A stretch of 64,000 nucleotides of DNA, from the IMG/VR virus record IMGVR_UViG_3300025889_000002, positions 1 through 64,000 of that record. One strand, written 5' to 3'. Positions within the stretch are counted from its first letter, which is position 1, and each line of letters begins with the position of its first letter. The notes below the pieces were generated by a model. It did not search any database, was not told the origin of the DNA, and saw only the letters and a program-made list of their open reading frames with translations. This stretch comes from a virus. The position numbers and the translations under genes were made by a program. Shown in pieces: positions 39,556 through 49,247 of the stretch.

Positions 39556-40113
39556 ATGAATAGGCCAGTGGAGATAACCCCTGCTGTCCTGCGCGATCTC
39601 ATATCATACGATCCGGAAACTGGCGATATGGTATGGAAAGAAAGGCCCGCAAAGTTTTTCATCGGAGCGAAAAGGGACGGCGATTGGTCGGCTAAGCAGT
39701 GGAATAGTCGGCTAGCGGGTAAGCCAGCTTTGGCTTCGGTTGCCGCTACCGGTTGCCTCAACGGAAGCGTTTTTGCGCAACCCCTTCTGGCTCATCGCGT
39801 GGCGTGGGCCATCTACCATGGAGAATGGCCTAAAAATGAAATTGACCACATCAATGGGAATAGGGCCGATAACCGAATTGTTAATCTACGAGATGTTCCG
39901 CGCTCTTTGAACGTCAAAAACTGCAAACGCCGAAAAGACAACACTTCAGGTTTCGCAGGAGTGTACCGGTATAAGAACCGATACCTCGCCCATCTTCGCA
40001 TTAACGGAAAACTGAAGATCGTTGCTCGGTGTGACACGCCAGAAGAAGCTTTCGCCATTCGCGAGCAGGAAAAACTCAAATATGGCTTTCACCCAAACCA
40101 CGGAAGAGATTGA
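39556..40113 (+). CDS. HNH-AP2 endonuclease
   Basis: YDPETG, AHRVAW, IDHINGNRADNRIVNLR, NTSGFAGV. Confidence 0.9.
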   Translation: MNRPVEITPAVLRDLISYDPETGDMVWKERPAKFFIGAKRDGDWSAKQWNSRLAGKPALASVAATGCLNGSVFAQPLLAHRVAWAIYHGEWPKNEIDHINGNRADNRIVNLRDVPRSLNVKNCKRRKDNTSGFAGVYRYKNRYLAHLRINGKLKIVARCDTPEEAFAIREQEKLKYGFHPNHGRD

Positions 40114-40781
40114 GAATGAACGATATTTTTCTTGATTGCGAGACACTGCCAAGCCAATCGGCTGAATACCGCGCAGAGGTCCGCGACAGCATTACCGCCC
40201 CGGCACAATACAAGAAGCCGGAAAGCATTGCGCAGTGGATCGCAGACAACGGCGATGCGGCGGCTGACGAGATTGTAGCCAAGACTAGCTTTAATCCCGC
40301 GCACGGCCATATCTGCACGATTGGTTTTGCGATTGGTGATGAGCCAGTAGAAACTCTCAGTATTGGGTCAAATATTGATCTTGAGTGGGATATCCTACAC
40401 GAGTTCTTCGAAGCACTCCCCACGCAAGGGCTTAACCGCTTCATCGGCCACTATATCAGCGGCTTTGATCTGCGCTTTATCCTGAACCGCGCAATCGTGC
40501 TTGGCGTCCAATTGCCGCCTAGCGTCATGTTCCCCCGCGACATTAAGCCGTGGTCGGATAATGTGTTCGACACGATGGTAGCATGGGCGGGGCCGCGCGA
40601 TAAGATCAGCCTAGACGATCTGTGCAAGGCTCTCGGCATTCCCGGCAAGGATGGCTTTGACGGATCGATGGTGGCTGAAGCATGGGCGAACGGCGAGCAT
40701 GACAAGATCGCCAGCTATGCAAAGGATGATGTCGAGCGCGTGCGTTCGGTGTTCCGCAAGTTCGCAGAAGTGGGCTACTGA
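40110..40781 (+). CDS. 3'-5' exonuclease (DEDD), spans the A/B junction
   Basis: FLDCET, GHYISGFDLRF, DTM, YAKDD. Confidence 0.8.
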   Translation: MRMNDIFLDCETLPSQSAEYRAEVRDSITAPAQYKKPESIAQWIADNGDAAADEIVAKTSFNPAHGHICTIGFAIGDEPVETLSIGSNIDLEWDILHEFFEALPTQGLNRFIGHYISGFDLRFILNRAIVLGVQLPPSVMFPRDIKPWSDNVFDTMVAWAGPRDKISLDDLCKALGIPGKDGFDGSMVAEAWANGEHDKIASYAKDDVERVRSVFRKFAEVGY

Positions 40782-40782
40782 T

Positions 40783-41367
40783 ATGAGCAAAGCAATCATT
40801 ACCGCACTGGCGAAGGTTTTGCCGACGCTTGAGAACGCCAAGAAGAACGCGGCTAACCCGCACTTCAAAAGCAAGTATGCCAACCTGTCGGCGGTCATGG
40901 AAGCCGTCGAGCCGATCAAGGCACACGGTCTATGGTATCGCCAGCAGCCCCACGACAAGCCTGATGGTGCATGTATCGAAACCATATATCTGCACGAAAG
41001 CGGCGAGGAAATGAGCGCGGGTTTGACGTTCGTAAAGGCCGACAAGCAGAACGCACAGGGCTTTGGATCTGCAATGACCTATGCGCGGCGCTATAGCCTG
41101 CAAACGGCGTTCGGTCTGGATGCCGAGGATGACGATGGCAATGCGGCCTGCCCGCCCAAGCAACAGCCTGCACCCAAGGTCGAGACAATCACCGACGCCC
41201 AGCGCGAAGAACTCATGCTGCTGTGTGACCGGCTTAACGTCCCTGTTGACCGCTTCCTGAGCGTTGGCGGGGTCAAGGATTTAAGAGAAGTTCCCGCATC
41301 ACAGTTTGGACAAGCCAAGCAGTGGATCGAAGCGGAAGGCAAGAAACTGGAGAACAACAATGCTTAA
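40783..41367 (+). CDS. erf: ERF-family ssDNA annealing protein
   Basis: Near-identical N-domain to 980-1564. Confidence 0.9.
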   Translation: MSKAIITALAKVLPTLENAKKNAANPHFKSKYANLSAVMEAVEPIKAHGLWYRQQPHDKPDGACIETIYLHESGEEMSAGLTFVKADKQNAQGFGSAMTYARRYSLQTAFGLDAEDDDGNAACPPKQQPAPKVETITDAQREELMLLCDRLNVPVDRFLSVGGVKDLREVPASQFGQAKQWIEAEGKKLENNNA

Positions 41368-41761
41368 TCGTGCAATGATCATTGGCCACCTTGGCGCTGA
41401 TCCTGAAATTCGCTCCTTCCAATCGGGAGGTAAGGTCGCAAACCTGCGCATTGCCACTACGGAAAAATGGAAAAAAGACGGCGAGCAGCAAGAGCGCACC
41501 GAATGGCACAGCGTTGCGATTATGAATGATGGGCTTGTCGGTGTGGTTGAACGCTTCCTGCGCAAAGGCAGTAAGGTCTACATTGAAGGCCAGCTTCAGA
41601 CGCGCAAGTGGCAGGACCAGTCTGGCAATGACCGCTACAGCACCGAGATTGTTTTACGCGGCTTCGGTGGATCGCTTGTGATGCTCGATGGCGCGCAAGG
41701 CCAGAGCAACAACGACAGCTACAATCAGGACGCTGGCGATAGCGGCGGCGGTTGGGGTTAA
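41360..41761 (+). CDS. ssb: Single-stranded DNA-binding protein (cellular-type sequence, no acidic tip)
   Basis: [37 protein letters not shown]. Confidence 0.9.
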   Translation: MLNRAMIIGHLGADPEIRSFQSGGKVANLRIATTEKWKKDGEQQERTEWHSVAIMNDGLVGVVERFLRKGSKVYIEGQLQTRKWQDQSGNDRYSTEIVLRGFGGSLVMLDGAQGQSNNDSYNQDAGDSGGGWG

Positions 41762-41834
41762 GTTACGGTCAGGCAATATCGAATACGGTTGCCTGAGGAA
41801 GCCACGCGGCGGGCCGTGGCCGTTAGAGCCCGCC
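41762..41834 (+). ncRNA. Hairpin plus H-type pseudoknot, copy B
   Basis: S1 gccacg/cgtggc, S2 ggcgggc/gcccgcc. Confidence 0.75.
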
Positions 41835-41854
41835 AATCAATTCAGGAGAAACAC

Positions 41855-42196
41855 ATGCTCCCCCGTAAAATCGCCAAGAAGGGAAACCGCACCGCGCGCT
41901 GGAAAAGCCAAGCCCATTGCACCTTCGTTCGTGGACATCATTGTTCCGTTCCAGGATGCGAGGAAATGCCTATCGAGGTGGCTCATGTCCGCTGCGGTTC
42001 GGATGCAGGAATGGGTCGCAAGCCGTCAGACTGGCACACGATAAGCCTTTGTCGCGAGCATCACTCCCAGCAGCACGCTATCGGGGAAGGTTCGTTCGAA
42101 GACCTGTATAGCATCGACATGTCCGAACTGGCAGAAGAGTTTGCCAAGGCCTCGCCCAAGTGGCGGGAGATACAAGAGGCGCGGCGCAATGGGTAG
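41855..42196 (+). CDS. DUF968-like protein
   Basis: CSVPGC, AHVR, KPSD, LCREHH..QH. Confidence 0.7.
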   Translation: MLPRKIAKKGNRTARWKSQAHCTFVRGHHCSVPGCEEMPIEVAHVRCGSDAGMGRKPSDWHTISLCREHHSQQHAIGEGSFEDLYSIDMSELAEEFAKASPKWREIQEARRNG

Positions 42197-42581
42197 CCGC
42201 ACGATATTCCTGATAGGTGAAAGCCAGCGCGACTATGCCAAGCGGTCCATTGATGAAGCCCCTGCGGACTATGTTTGCAAGATCACGAAGGTAACACGTA
42301 GCGATAAGCAGAACCGCAAGCTTTGGGCCATGATTCGAGACATCCAGGAACAGGTGCCCGAAACCGCGACACGTTCGGCTGACGATGTGAAGTGTCAATT
42401 CCTGAATACGCTCGGTGTAGAGATGCGCTATTTACCAACGCTTGATGGGGGCGGCGTCTTCCCAACCGGAATGCGCTCGTCACAACTCAACAAAGAGCAA
42501 TTCGCAGCGCTGATTGAATTGATCTTCGCTTGGGGCGCGCGTCACGAAATCAGGTGGAGTAAGGAGAGTTTAGAGCCATGA
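42189..42581 (+). CDS. ninB: NinB-family protein
   Basis: Homologue of 2651-3040. Confidence 0.8.
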   Translation: MGSRTIFLIGESQRDYAKRSIDEAPADYVCKITKVTRSDKQNRKLWAMIRDIQEQVPETATRSADDVKCQFLNTLGVEMRYLPTLDGGGVFPTGMRSSQLNKEQFAALIELIFAWGARHEIRWSKESLEP

Positions 42582-43147
42582 GAGTTCTGGTAGCATGTGA
42601 ATATAGCGCGGTTGTGCGTGATGCCTTCCGTGCCCGCGGCTTCGATGCCCGTGATATAGAGGGCTTTCCCGGTTATGTTGTCACGGCCTGCGGGCAGGTG
42701 TTCAGCCGTAACCACCCGACCGGACCGCTCCGTTGGTTCAAGCCGCTAAAAGGCCACATTGATAAGAAGGGCTATCATGGTCTGACGCTGTGCAACTCTG
42801 ACGGGCACTTCCCCCGCCGTGTGCATCGCTTGATTGCAGATGCTTTTCATCCGAACCCGGACGACCTTCCCTGCGTCCGCCACATCAATGGCAATCCTGG
42901 AGATAACCGGGCTGAAAATCTCGCGTGGTCCACTTACGCAGAAAATGAGGCTGATAAATGGGCGCACGGGACCTGGAATACCCGTCGCAACGGGAAGCTT
43001 TCCATCCCCCAAGTAAAGGCTATCAAGCGCCAGATTGCTGCTGGCGAGGTGCACCAAGAGATTGCCGACAAATACGGTGTCAGCAGAATCACCGTGACCC
43101 GTATAGCCAAAGGCACGACGTGGGGAGATGTCCCATGCGTGTCCTGA
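42578..43147 (+). CDS. HNH endonuclease fused to the first ~24 codons of the methyltransferase
   Basis: MRVLVACEYSAVVRDAFRARGFDA then DIEGFPGY, VHRLIA, VRHINGNPGDNRAENL. Confidence 0.85.
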   Translation: MRVLVACEYSAVVRDAFRARGFDARDIEGFPGYVVTACGQVFSRNHPTGPLRWFKPLKGHIDKKGYHGLTLCNSDGHFPRRVHRLIADAFHPNPDDLPCVRHINGNPGDNRAENLAWSTYAENEADKWAHGTWNTRRNGKLSIPQVKAIKRQIAAGEVHQEIADKYGVSRITVTRIAKGTTWGDVPCVS

Positions 43148-43728
43148 TTGGTTGCGAGTTTTCCGGCTCTGTCCGTGAAGCGTTTCGCACAAAGGGATTT
43201 GAAGCATACTCATGCGACATTCTCCCTGCTGAAGATGCCAGCCCGTTCCACATCGAGGGCGACGTCCTCGACGTTCTGAATGACGGTTGGGCACTTGGAA
43301 TTTTCCATCCGCCATGCACTCACTTGGCAGTAAGCGGCGCACGCTGGTTCAAGGACAAGCGGCAAGAACAGGCGGAGGCGTTGGAGTTCGTCCGCACCCT
43401 GCTTGAGGCGCCAATCCCACATATTGCTCTGGAGAACCCCGTCAGCATCATATCAAGCCGCATCCGCAAGCCAGACTGCACCTATCAGCCGTAGGAGCAC
43501 GGGCACGGCGAGATCAAGCGAAGCTGCCTGTGGCTCAAGAACCTGCCGCCGATTAAGCCATCTAAAGTGGTCGATGGACGGGAAGCGAGGGTTCATAAGA
43601 TGGCTCCTGGACCTGACCGTTGGAAAGAACGATCCCGAACTCTTGAGGGTGTAGCCAAAGCTATGGCCGATCAGTGGGGCGACTACCTTTTATCACTTCC
43701 GAAATACAAGGAGGCAATCAATGCTTGA
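43135..43728 (+). pseudogene. Cytosine-methyltransferase-like gene with in-frame TAG at 43492
   Basis: Same length (594 nt) as 3037-3630; the TGG Trp codon is TAG here and the frame is intact afterwards. Confidence 0.75.
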
Positions 43729-44045
43729 AGACCCTACCGTTACCTACGCCCGCGCCTGCAATGACGCTCAATGGGCGGCTAAACTCGAATCCCGTCTGGC
43801 ATCACGCAAGCAAGCCCGACAGTCTGGCGAGACACAGGTATCAGCCCACCGTCGCACTCTCAGCCCACGTTACGCAAAATGAGCGCCGCTGAATACCTAC
43901 GCCACAAAGCCACCATTCTGCGCAAAGCCGCTGACAATCCCCGCAAGGGCTACAGCGAAGAGACACGCGGGAACATGATCTACGCGGCAACGCAGCTTAA
44001 TGTTGCTGCCGACGAATTGCAGAACGAATTTAACGAGGAAGACTG

Positions 44046-44765
44046 ATGTTAGCCATCGACTTTGCAGAGCCCGAACCATCGGAAGACTTTGCGGACTATC
44101 GCGATTCCATGCGCCGTAGCAGCCAAACGTTCCTGACTGCGATCCAGACAGCGAAAGGGACACATTGGCTTTGTGGCCATCATCGCGGGCCGGATAACAC
44201 GCATACCATAGCCGGAAAGACGCAATGCAAGAAGTGTCGCCGAAATAAAATTAACAGCGTTCTAAAGGTGATTGCGCAGCGCCAAGCTGTAGAGCGCGCC
44301 CTTGCTGTTCATGCGGCGGAGATGGAAGAACGTAGGATTGAAAGGCGTAAAGGCGAAAAGCAACGCGAGGCCGAGCGCTACAGGCGCGAGCGAGAGGAAA
44401 AGCGCCGGTTGCGCGATCAGGCCAACCGAAGGGCCAATGAAATACGTGCTGCTATTGTAGAGCGCACGATCATACACCCTGCGAATGGCCGCATTCCTTT
44501 GCATGATTTAATCCAGGCTGTTGCCACTGCGTTCGGCATTGACCCTGAGGGTGTGCGCAGCAAGGCGAGGGGTAAGAATTTCCTATATGCCCGATGCGTG
44601 CTTGTGAAAATCCTGCAAGAGCGAGGCGCGTCATATCCCGTCATTGGAAGGCTGTTAGGCGGTCGCGATCATAGCACCACGATCAACGCCTATCACATGT
44701 TCCCGACATATTGCCGGAAAGACCCGCGTGTCGCCAGCACATACGAAAAGTATAAGGACCGCTAA
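44046..44765 (+). CDS. DnaA C-terminal domain protein
   Basis: Near-identical to 3945-4667. Confidence 0.75.
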   Translation: MLAIDFAEPEPSEDFADYRDSMRRSSQTFLTAIQTAKGTHWLCGHHRGPDNTHTIAGKTQCKKCRRNKINSVLKVIAQRQAVERALAVHAAEMEERRIERRKGEKQREAERYRREREEKRRLRDQANRRANEIRAAIVERTIIHPANGRIPLHDLIQAVATAFGIDPEGVRSKARGKNFLYARCVLVKILQERGASYPVIGRLLGGRDHSTTINAYHMFPTYCRKDPRVASTYEKYKDR

Positions 44766-45103
44766 TGATCCTGCTACCTTACCCTGCGCCGCCCCTGTGG
44801 CCGAACAAGCGCGCCCATTGGGCCAAGAAAGCCCGAGAGACAAAGAAGCATCGTGCATGGGCGCATGGGGCCGCACTGGCGGCAAAGCCCTCCGCTGACG
44901 GGGAGCCCATTCCGGTGCGAATCACGCTTTACCCAAAACCCAAAGGGCCAGCACCGGACAAAGACAACGTTGTTGCCAGCGCAAAGGCTTATCTCGATGG
45001 GATAGCTGAAGCGATGGGAGTCAATGATCGTGCGTTCGCCTCGCCAATTGTTCGCATATCGGGAGAGCGCCTTAGCCAGATGGGGATTGAAATTGGCAAA
45101 TAA
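44765..45103 (+). CDS. RusA-like resolvase
   Basis: Near-identical to 4667-5008. Confidence 0.75.
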   Translation: MILLPYPAPPLWPNKRAHWAKKARETKKHRAWAHGAALAAKPSADGEPIPVRITLYPKPKGPAPDKDNVVASAKAYLDGIAEAMGVNDRAFASPIVRISGERLSQMGIEIGK

Positions 45104-45243
45104 CCCTAAATTATGCGCGCACCATCAAACTCGGCGTCATGGGTTCTTTCACTCTGCCTGTACGAATTGCGGGGCGCTGTTTGTTGTGGTTCGCAAAGAT
45201 CAGGTTGACGCTGCTTTTAGGCGCGTATTGTTGGGGAAATGAG

Positions 45244-45849
45244 ATGCAGCCCTACGATCCAGTTTTGACAGTGATAGCCAACGAGGCCCGCGTGCGTACT
45301 CCGCATGTCTTTCACCTGATACACGCCATGAAGGCCGGTAAGTTCCACCAGGCTGCGTTCGCGCAATTCACAGGGCTAGAGGAACGCCATGTCGAACGGA
45401 TGCTAGAGGCAATCGAAAAACACGGCGTGGAGATTAAGGCGAAGCGTCAGCAGACGACACGGGGGCACCGCCTGCCCGATGACTGGACCTTGCCACAGGA
45501 ATGGCGCGACTGGGCAATCAAGGAACGCAAGTGGGAGCCTTCTGTGGTATTGGAAGAAGCCGCGAACTTTGCCGATTACTGGCATGGCGTATCCGGCACG
45601 AAAGGCACGAAACTGGACTGGCAGGCAACGTGGCGCAATTGGGTTCGCAATTCCCGGCGCGCCACTGGCGATTATGTGCCAGTAGAGCAGCGCCAGACAG
45701 CGGAGGGCTGGGTAGCGTATTGCGAGCAGCAGCTACAGCGGTGCAAGGAAAAGAACTATCGTCAGGGCATCGAGGAATGGACTGCGAAGCTGAACGCGGC
45801 GCGCGATAAGGTAGCTGCCAATGTTCTGCCATTCCGGCGCGAAGCCTAA
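45244..45849 (+). CDS. Replication-associated protein with initiator-type C-terminal domain
   Basis: RGHRLPDDW, FADYW, KLDWQATWRNWVRN; occupies the initiator slot. Confidence 0.6.
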   Translation: MQPYDPVLTVIANEARVRTPHVFHLIHAMKAGKFHQAAFAQFTGLEERHVERMLEAIEKHGVEIKAKRQQTTRGHRLPDDWTLPQEWRDWAIKERKWEPSVVLEEAANFADYWHGVSGTKGTKLDWQATWRNWVRNSRRATGDYVPVEQRQTAEGWVAYCEQQLQRCKEKNYRQGIEEWTAKLNAARDKVAANVLPFRREA

Positions 45850-45870
45850 ATTATTTTTTCTCCTGTCATT

Positions 45871-45905
45871 TTCCACTTTACAAGGTGGAATATCCACTAC
45901 ATAAA
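45871..45905 (+). promoter_or_regulatory. Cassette promoter B1 with inverted repeats
   Basis: TTTACA-N17-CATAAA; TTCCAC-N8-GTGGAA and GTGGA-ATA-TCCAC. Confidence 0.65.
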
Positions 45906-46688
45906 GGGGACATAGACAAGGAGATACGAAATGACGGTTCAGTTTCAGATCAACGGCCAGACCCGCATCGGCAAAGTCATTGCGCGTGGGTATGGGAAAG
46001 TTGATTCGCCAGAGTCGTTTGAGGTTGAAGTCAACAAATACGGCTTCACCAAGTGGATCCCCGTCAAGGACTGCAAGGTCATCTAATGGATAGGGAATTC
46101 TGGGCCGCTCCCATTGGTGACAACCGATTGAGCGGCCTGCTCTCCGAACTTTGGGAGGCAATCGAGGACTGCGACGATCCCGACCGCCTTTATCGATTTC
46201 ATCGCCGCTTAACGATGGGAATTGTGAACCATGCCAAACGCCGAGAAAATGAACTGCGAGACGTGTAGGGGTTGGGGTGTCAACGATATGACAGGACAAA
46301 CTTGTCAGCACTGCAATGGAAAAGGAACTATTGAGCAATCCTCAAAGGTTGCCGTTGCTTCGTCACACTGGCGCAGCGGCAAAAGCCTTGATAGCCTCGG
46401 AGCCGATGGGCAGGAGGTCGCAACTGTCAATAATTCCTTGACGGTTCAAGTGCAAGACCGCCTTGAAGGCTTGCGGGAGTGGGTAGACGATAACTGCCCC
46501 GAAGGCGTGGCTGGTATTCCCGACGATGTGCGCTGGCTCTTGTCCTATGCCGAATCTGTAGCAGCCGCAGATCTGAAACAACGCCTAAGCGATGCGGTCA
46601 CGCTGCTTTATACGCATGGCGTGATTACCGAAAAGATGCGCGCCCATGCTCGGCGCAACCTGTAAGCAATCGTTACAAGTTGGAAACT

Positions 46689-46841
46689 ATGACCGATTGG
46701 CGTGAACACCTAACCCCCGAAGAGGCCAAGCGCCTCGACGATATCGAAACGGAAAAGCTGACCCTGCGCCGTGAACATCGCCGCATCTTTGATCGTGCGC
46801 GCAAGCGAGCAGTAAGGGGCTTGCAATCCAAATCAGGATAG
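46689..46841 (+). CDS. 50-aa basic helical protein, paralogue of 48004-48168
   Basis: MTDWREHLTPEEAKRL...RRIFDRARKRA. Confidence 0.7.
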   Translation: MTDWREHLTPEEAKRLDDIETEKLTLRREHRRIFDRARKRAVRGLQSKSG

Positions 46842-46853
46842 CGCATAAAGTTT

Positions 46854-47300
46854 GGGCCGGAACGCTGGTGGAAGCGCCCGGCCCGATTGCTTTGAACAAG
46901 CCCCTTATAGGCCCCGCAATCGGACAATGCAAGGTTCGAATTGGCGCTTGGCCTAATCCACCCAAAAAGCTGCCTTGATCGACCACGTGCGCCGAGTTTT
47001 TCCGGCAAAGTGCAATCGGTCACAACGTGTTGAGTGCCACGTAAAAGCGGCTCCAGGGGTTCTTTTGCCTGTGACAAGGGATGCCTCGGGTGTTTACCCC
47101 CGCACCGCCGATGCGTGAACCGCGCTAAGGCATGGCCGAACCACGTAATGCCGCTCGCAAGAGTGAAATCGAGGACGACGCTCTAAACGGTCGAGACTAT
47201 CGCTGGCCACGATCCCGGAAGGGCAAAAGGCAGGTTCGGAATAAACGAGGCTAAAGGTTCAGGTGATCCGTCGCTATCGGTAAGGTAGCACCTCGACGGG
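46854..47300 (+). ncRNA. Candidate large structured non-coding RNA
   Basis: TTGCAA-N17-CATAAA upstream; many nested stems; no credible plus-strand ORF. Confidence 0.6.
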
Positions 47301-47330
47301 GGTATGGGCTATGTCCAAAGGAGACGCAGA

Positions 47331-47552
47331 ATGGAAAAGAGACCAGTGCCGGCCCCCGGATACACAAAGATAAGCGGGCATCGATCACCTCCGAAAAGCA
47401 TGGGCACAAACCTGTACGTGCAAATACGCGCTGGCCACTGCGACCCTACGCCATGGCCTGTAGCAACCACGCGGTGGAAATGGCAGAGAGATGAAGCAGG
47501 CAACGTGATCGAACACGCGGGCGATGTGGTCGCGATTCGCCGGGCGGAATAA
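47331..47552 (+). CDS. Hypothetical protein, homologue of the unit A ORF ending at 7622
   Basis: PAPG(Y/F)T, Y.QIR.G, PW, HAGD(V/I)VA. Confidence 0.7.
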   Translation: MEKRPVPAPGYTKISGHRSPPKSMGTNLYVQIRAGHCDPTPWPVATTRWKWQRDEAGNVIEHAGDVVAIRRAE

Positions 47553-47597
47553 TTGTCCGCTTGACATAGGTGGAAATCCGCTTATTGTGGCGGACAA
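47553..47597 (+). promoter_or_regulatory. Cassette promoter B2
   Basis: TTGACA-N16-TATTGT flanked by perfect inverted repeat TTGTCCGC/GCGGACAA. Confidence 0.65.
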
Positions 47598-47609
47598 GGA
47601 GAAAAAAAT

Positions 47610-48011
47610 ATGTCTTGGAATCTTTGGGATAAGGAAGCTGAGATTTCCACCATGCTCGGATGCGTGTTCGATAAAATCGAAGGTGCGGAAGATGGCTCGG
47701 ATGAAATCAAGTTCTACGAAAATGGCGTAGAGCGCTTCCGTATGTATCACACACAGGATTGCTGCGAGCATGTCAGGCTTGAGGATACCGCTGGCGACAT
47801 AGCGGATCTGATTGGCTCACCTATCCTCGAGGCGGAATGTGTCACAAACAGCGAAGACGATCCGCCTGAATATGCCGATAGCTGGACGTGGACGTTCTAC
47901 AAGCTTGGCACCATCAAGGGCCATGTGACCTTGCGCTGGCTAGGTGAGAGTAACGGATACTACAGCGAAAGCGTAGATCTTGCGGACATGCAGAAGATCG
48001 GCAATGCCTGA
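47610..48011 (+). CDS. Acidic hypothetical phage protein
   Basis: MYHTQDCCE, TWTFYKL, RWLGESNGYYSE; AAGGAG RBS. Confidence 0.75.
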   Translation: MSWNLWDKEAEISTMLGCVFDKIEGAEDGSDEIKFYENGVERFRMYHTQDCCEHVRLEDTAGDIADLIGSPILEAECVTNSEDDPPEYADSWTWTFYKLGTIKGHVTLRWLGESNGYYSESVDLADMQKIGNA

Positions 48012-48168
48012 TTGGCGCGACACATTGACCGAAGATGAGGCGCAAAGGCTGGAAGAGATACCAGCCGAACGGTATGCGCTTTCGGCGGAATATCGCAGGA
48101 TATTTGATCGGGCTCGCAAGCGGGCAGATCGCGGCAGAGTACGCAAGCACAGGGCGGAGAAGCAGTGA
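48004..48168 (+). CDS. Small basic helical protein, paralogue of 46689-46841
   Basis: MPDWRDTLTEDEAQRL...RRIFDRARKRA. Confidence 0.7.
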   Translation: MPDWRDTLTEDEAQRLEEIPAERYALSAEYRRIFDRARKRADRGRVRKHRAEKQ

Positions 48169-48170
48169 TG
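48132..48170 (+). repeat. 39-bp exact direct repeat with 49211-49249
   Basis: cggcagagtacgcaagcacagggcggagaagcagtgatg. Confidence 0.9.
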
Positions 48171-48545
48171 GATGATGAAAAACTATGGACCCTGCGCGGT
48201 ATATGGTCGCAGATGACCGCCGCTGAGCAAGACGTTGTTTTCATGCTCGCAGACCGCAAGTTCACTAAGTCTCGCAAGCGCGACCTGATTGCGCGCCTTG
48301 AACATCTGATTGAGCAAATCGAATACGTGCAGGAGGGTGGGACATGAGCCTCTACAGCGAACTTTCGTGGGCCGGCCCTAACTTCTACGGCCAGACGTTC
48401 ACAGCCCACCACTTCTACCACTGCGCAGCCCGTGACGAGCATATGCGCCTTGAACGCGCCAGAAGGATGGCGAGAGCGGCAGTCAGGAGTGTTAGGCATG
48501 GGTGAGCAATTCAAGCGCGTCGAATAATTTTCGGGATGGTGCATT

Positions 48546-48628
48546 TTCCTCTTTACAAGGCGGAACAATGGCCCTAGAACGGACTTAACGAAACGGGGCA
48601 CTGCCCCACCAGACAAGGGAAATTGAAA
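48546..48628 (+). promoter_or_regulatory. Cassette promoter B3 and conserved leader
   Basis: TTTACA-N17-TAGAAC; GGGGCACTGCCCCACCA leader like 8511-8527. Confidence 0.65.
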
Positions 48629-49031
48629 ATGACTTACGGATGGACCACTACGAAGAACGAAGCAGGCTTCACTTGGGCCGTTACCGCAACCGAATGGAGT
48701 GAAGAACTCGGTCGCGGTGTTAGCAAAGTTCTCAAGTCTGGCACAGTCGCAACCCGTGCCAAGGCAGCAGGCGCCGCAAAGCGTTGGGTTCTCTTTTTTC
48801 GTCGCGGGGGCTCGATCTGATGGCCACCTACAAGAACCCTTGGCACAAAGATGGGCGCCCAGAGTATGGGCCGCTTGATTATGTGACAGACGTAGAGCCC
48901 AAAGAATACCGCGGGTATTTGATATATAATCGCAATCCAGTCGTCTGGGATGTGGTAAAAGACGGCGTGTGCGTAACGCAACTTGCAGGTTCTCGTGGCG
49001 CTCGTGACGCAATCGACAGGATTTTAAGGAA

Positions 49032-49247
49032 ATGACTCCCACAGAGTTCAAAGCAATCCGAAACGGTGCAGGGTATTCTCAAAATGCCCTCGCTGACCTC
49101 CTGCGCATATCTGATGGCAGAACCGTGCGCAGATGGGAGGATGGGTCCAGACCCGTCACAGGGCCTATTTCGATCCTCATGGAGGGCTTGAGGGATGGCT
49201 GGTTCCATGACGGCAGAGTACGCAAGCACAGGGCGGAGAAGCAGTGA
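49032..49247 (+). CDS. XRE-type HTH regulator
   Basis: Homologue of 8929-9129. Confidence 0.85.
   Translation: MTPTEFKAIRNGAGYSQNALADLLRISDGRTVRRWEDGSRPVTGPISILMEGLRDGWFHDGRVRKHRAEKQ

Larger units (their letters stand above)
1..40349 (+). mobile_element. Phage genome unit A, complete ~40.3 kb circularly permuted podovirus-like genome
   Basis: Full set of recombination, replication, packaging, head, tail and lysis genes; the sequence at position 1 recurs at 40350, closing the circle inside the exonuclease gene. Confidence 0.9.

Noticed and set aside
46854-47300. Group I/II intron, tmRNA or CRISPR array
   Set aside because: No interrupted gene, no recognisable catalytic core or domain V, no tRNA-like ends, no repeat-spacer periodicity
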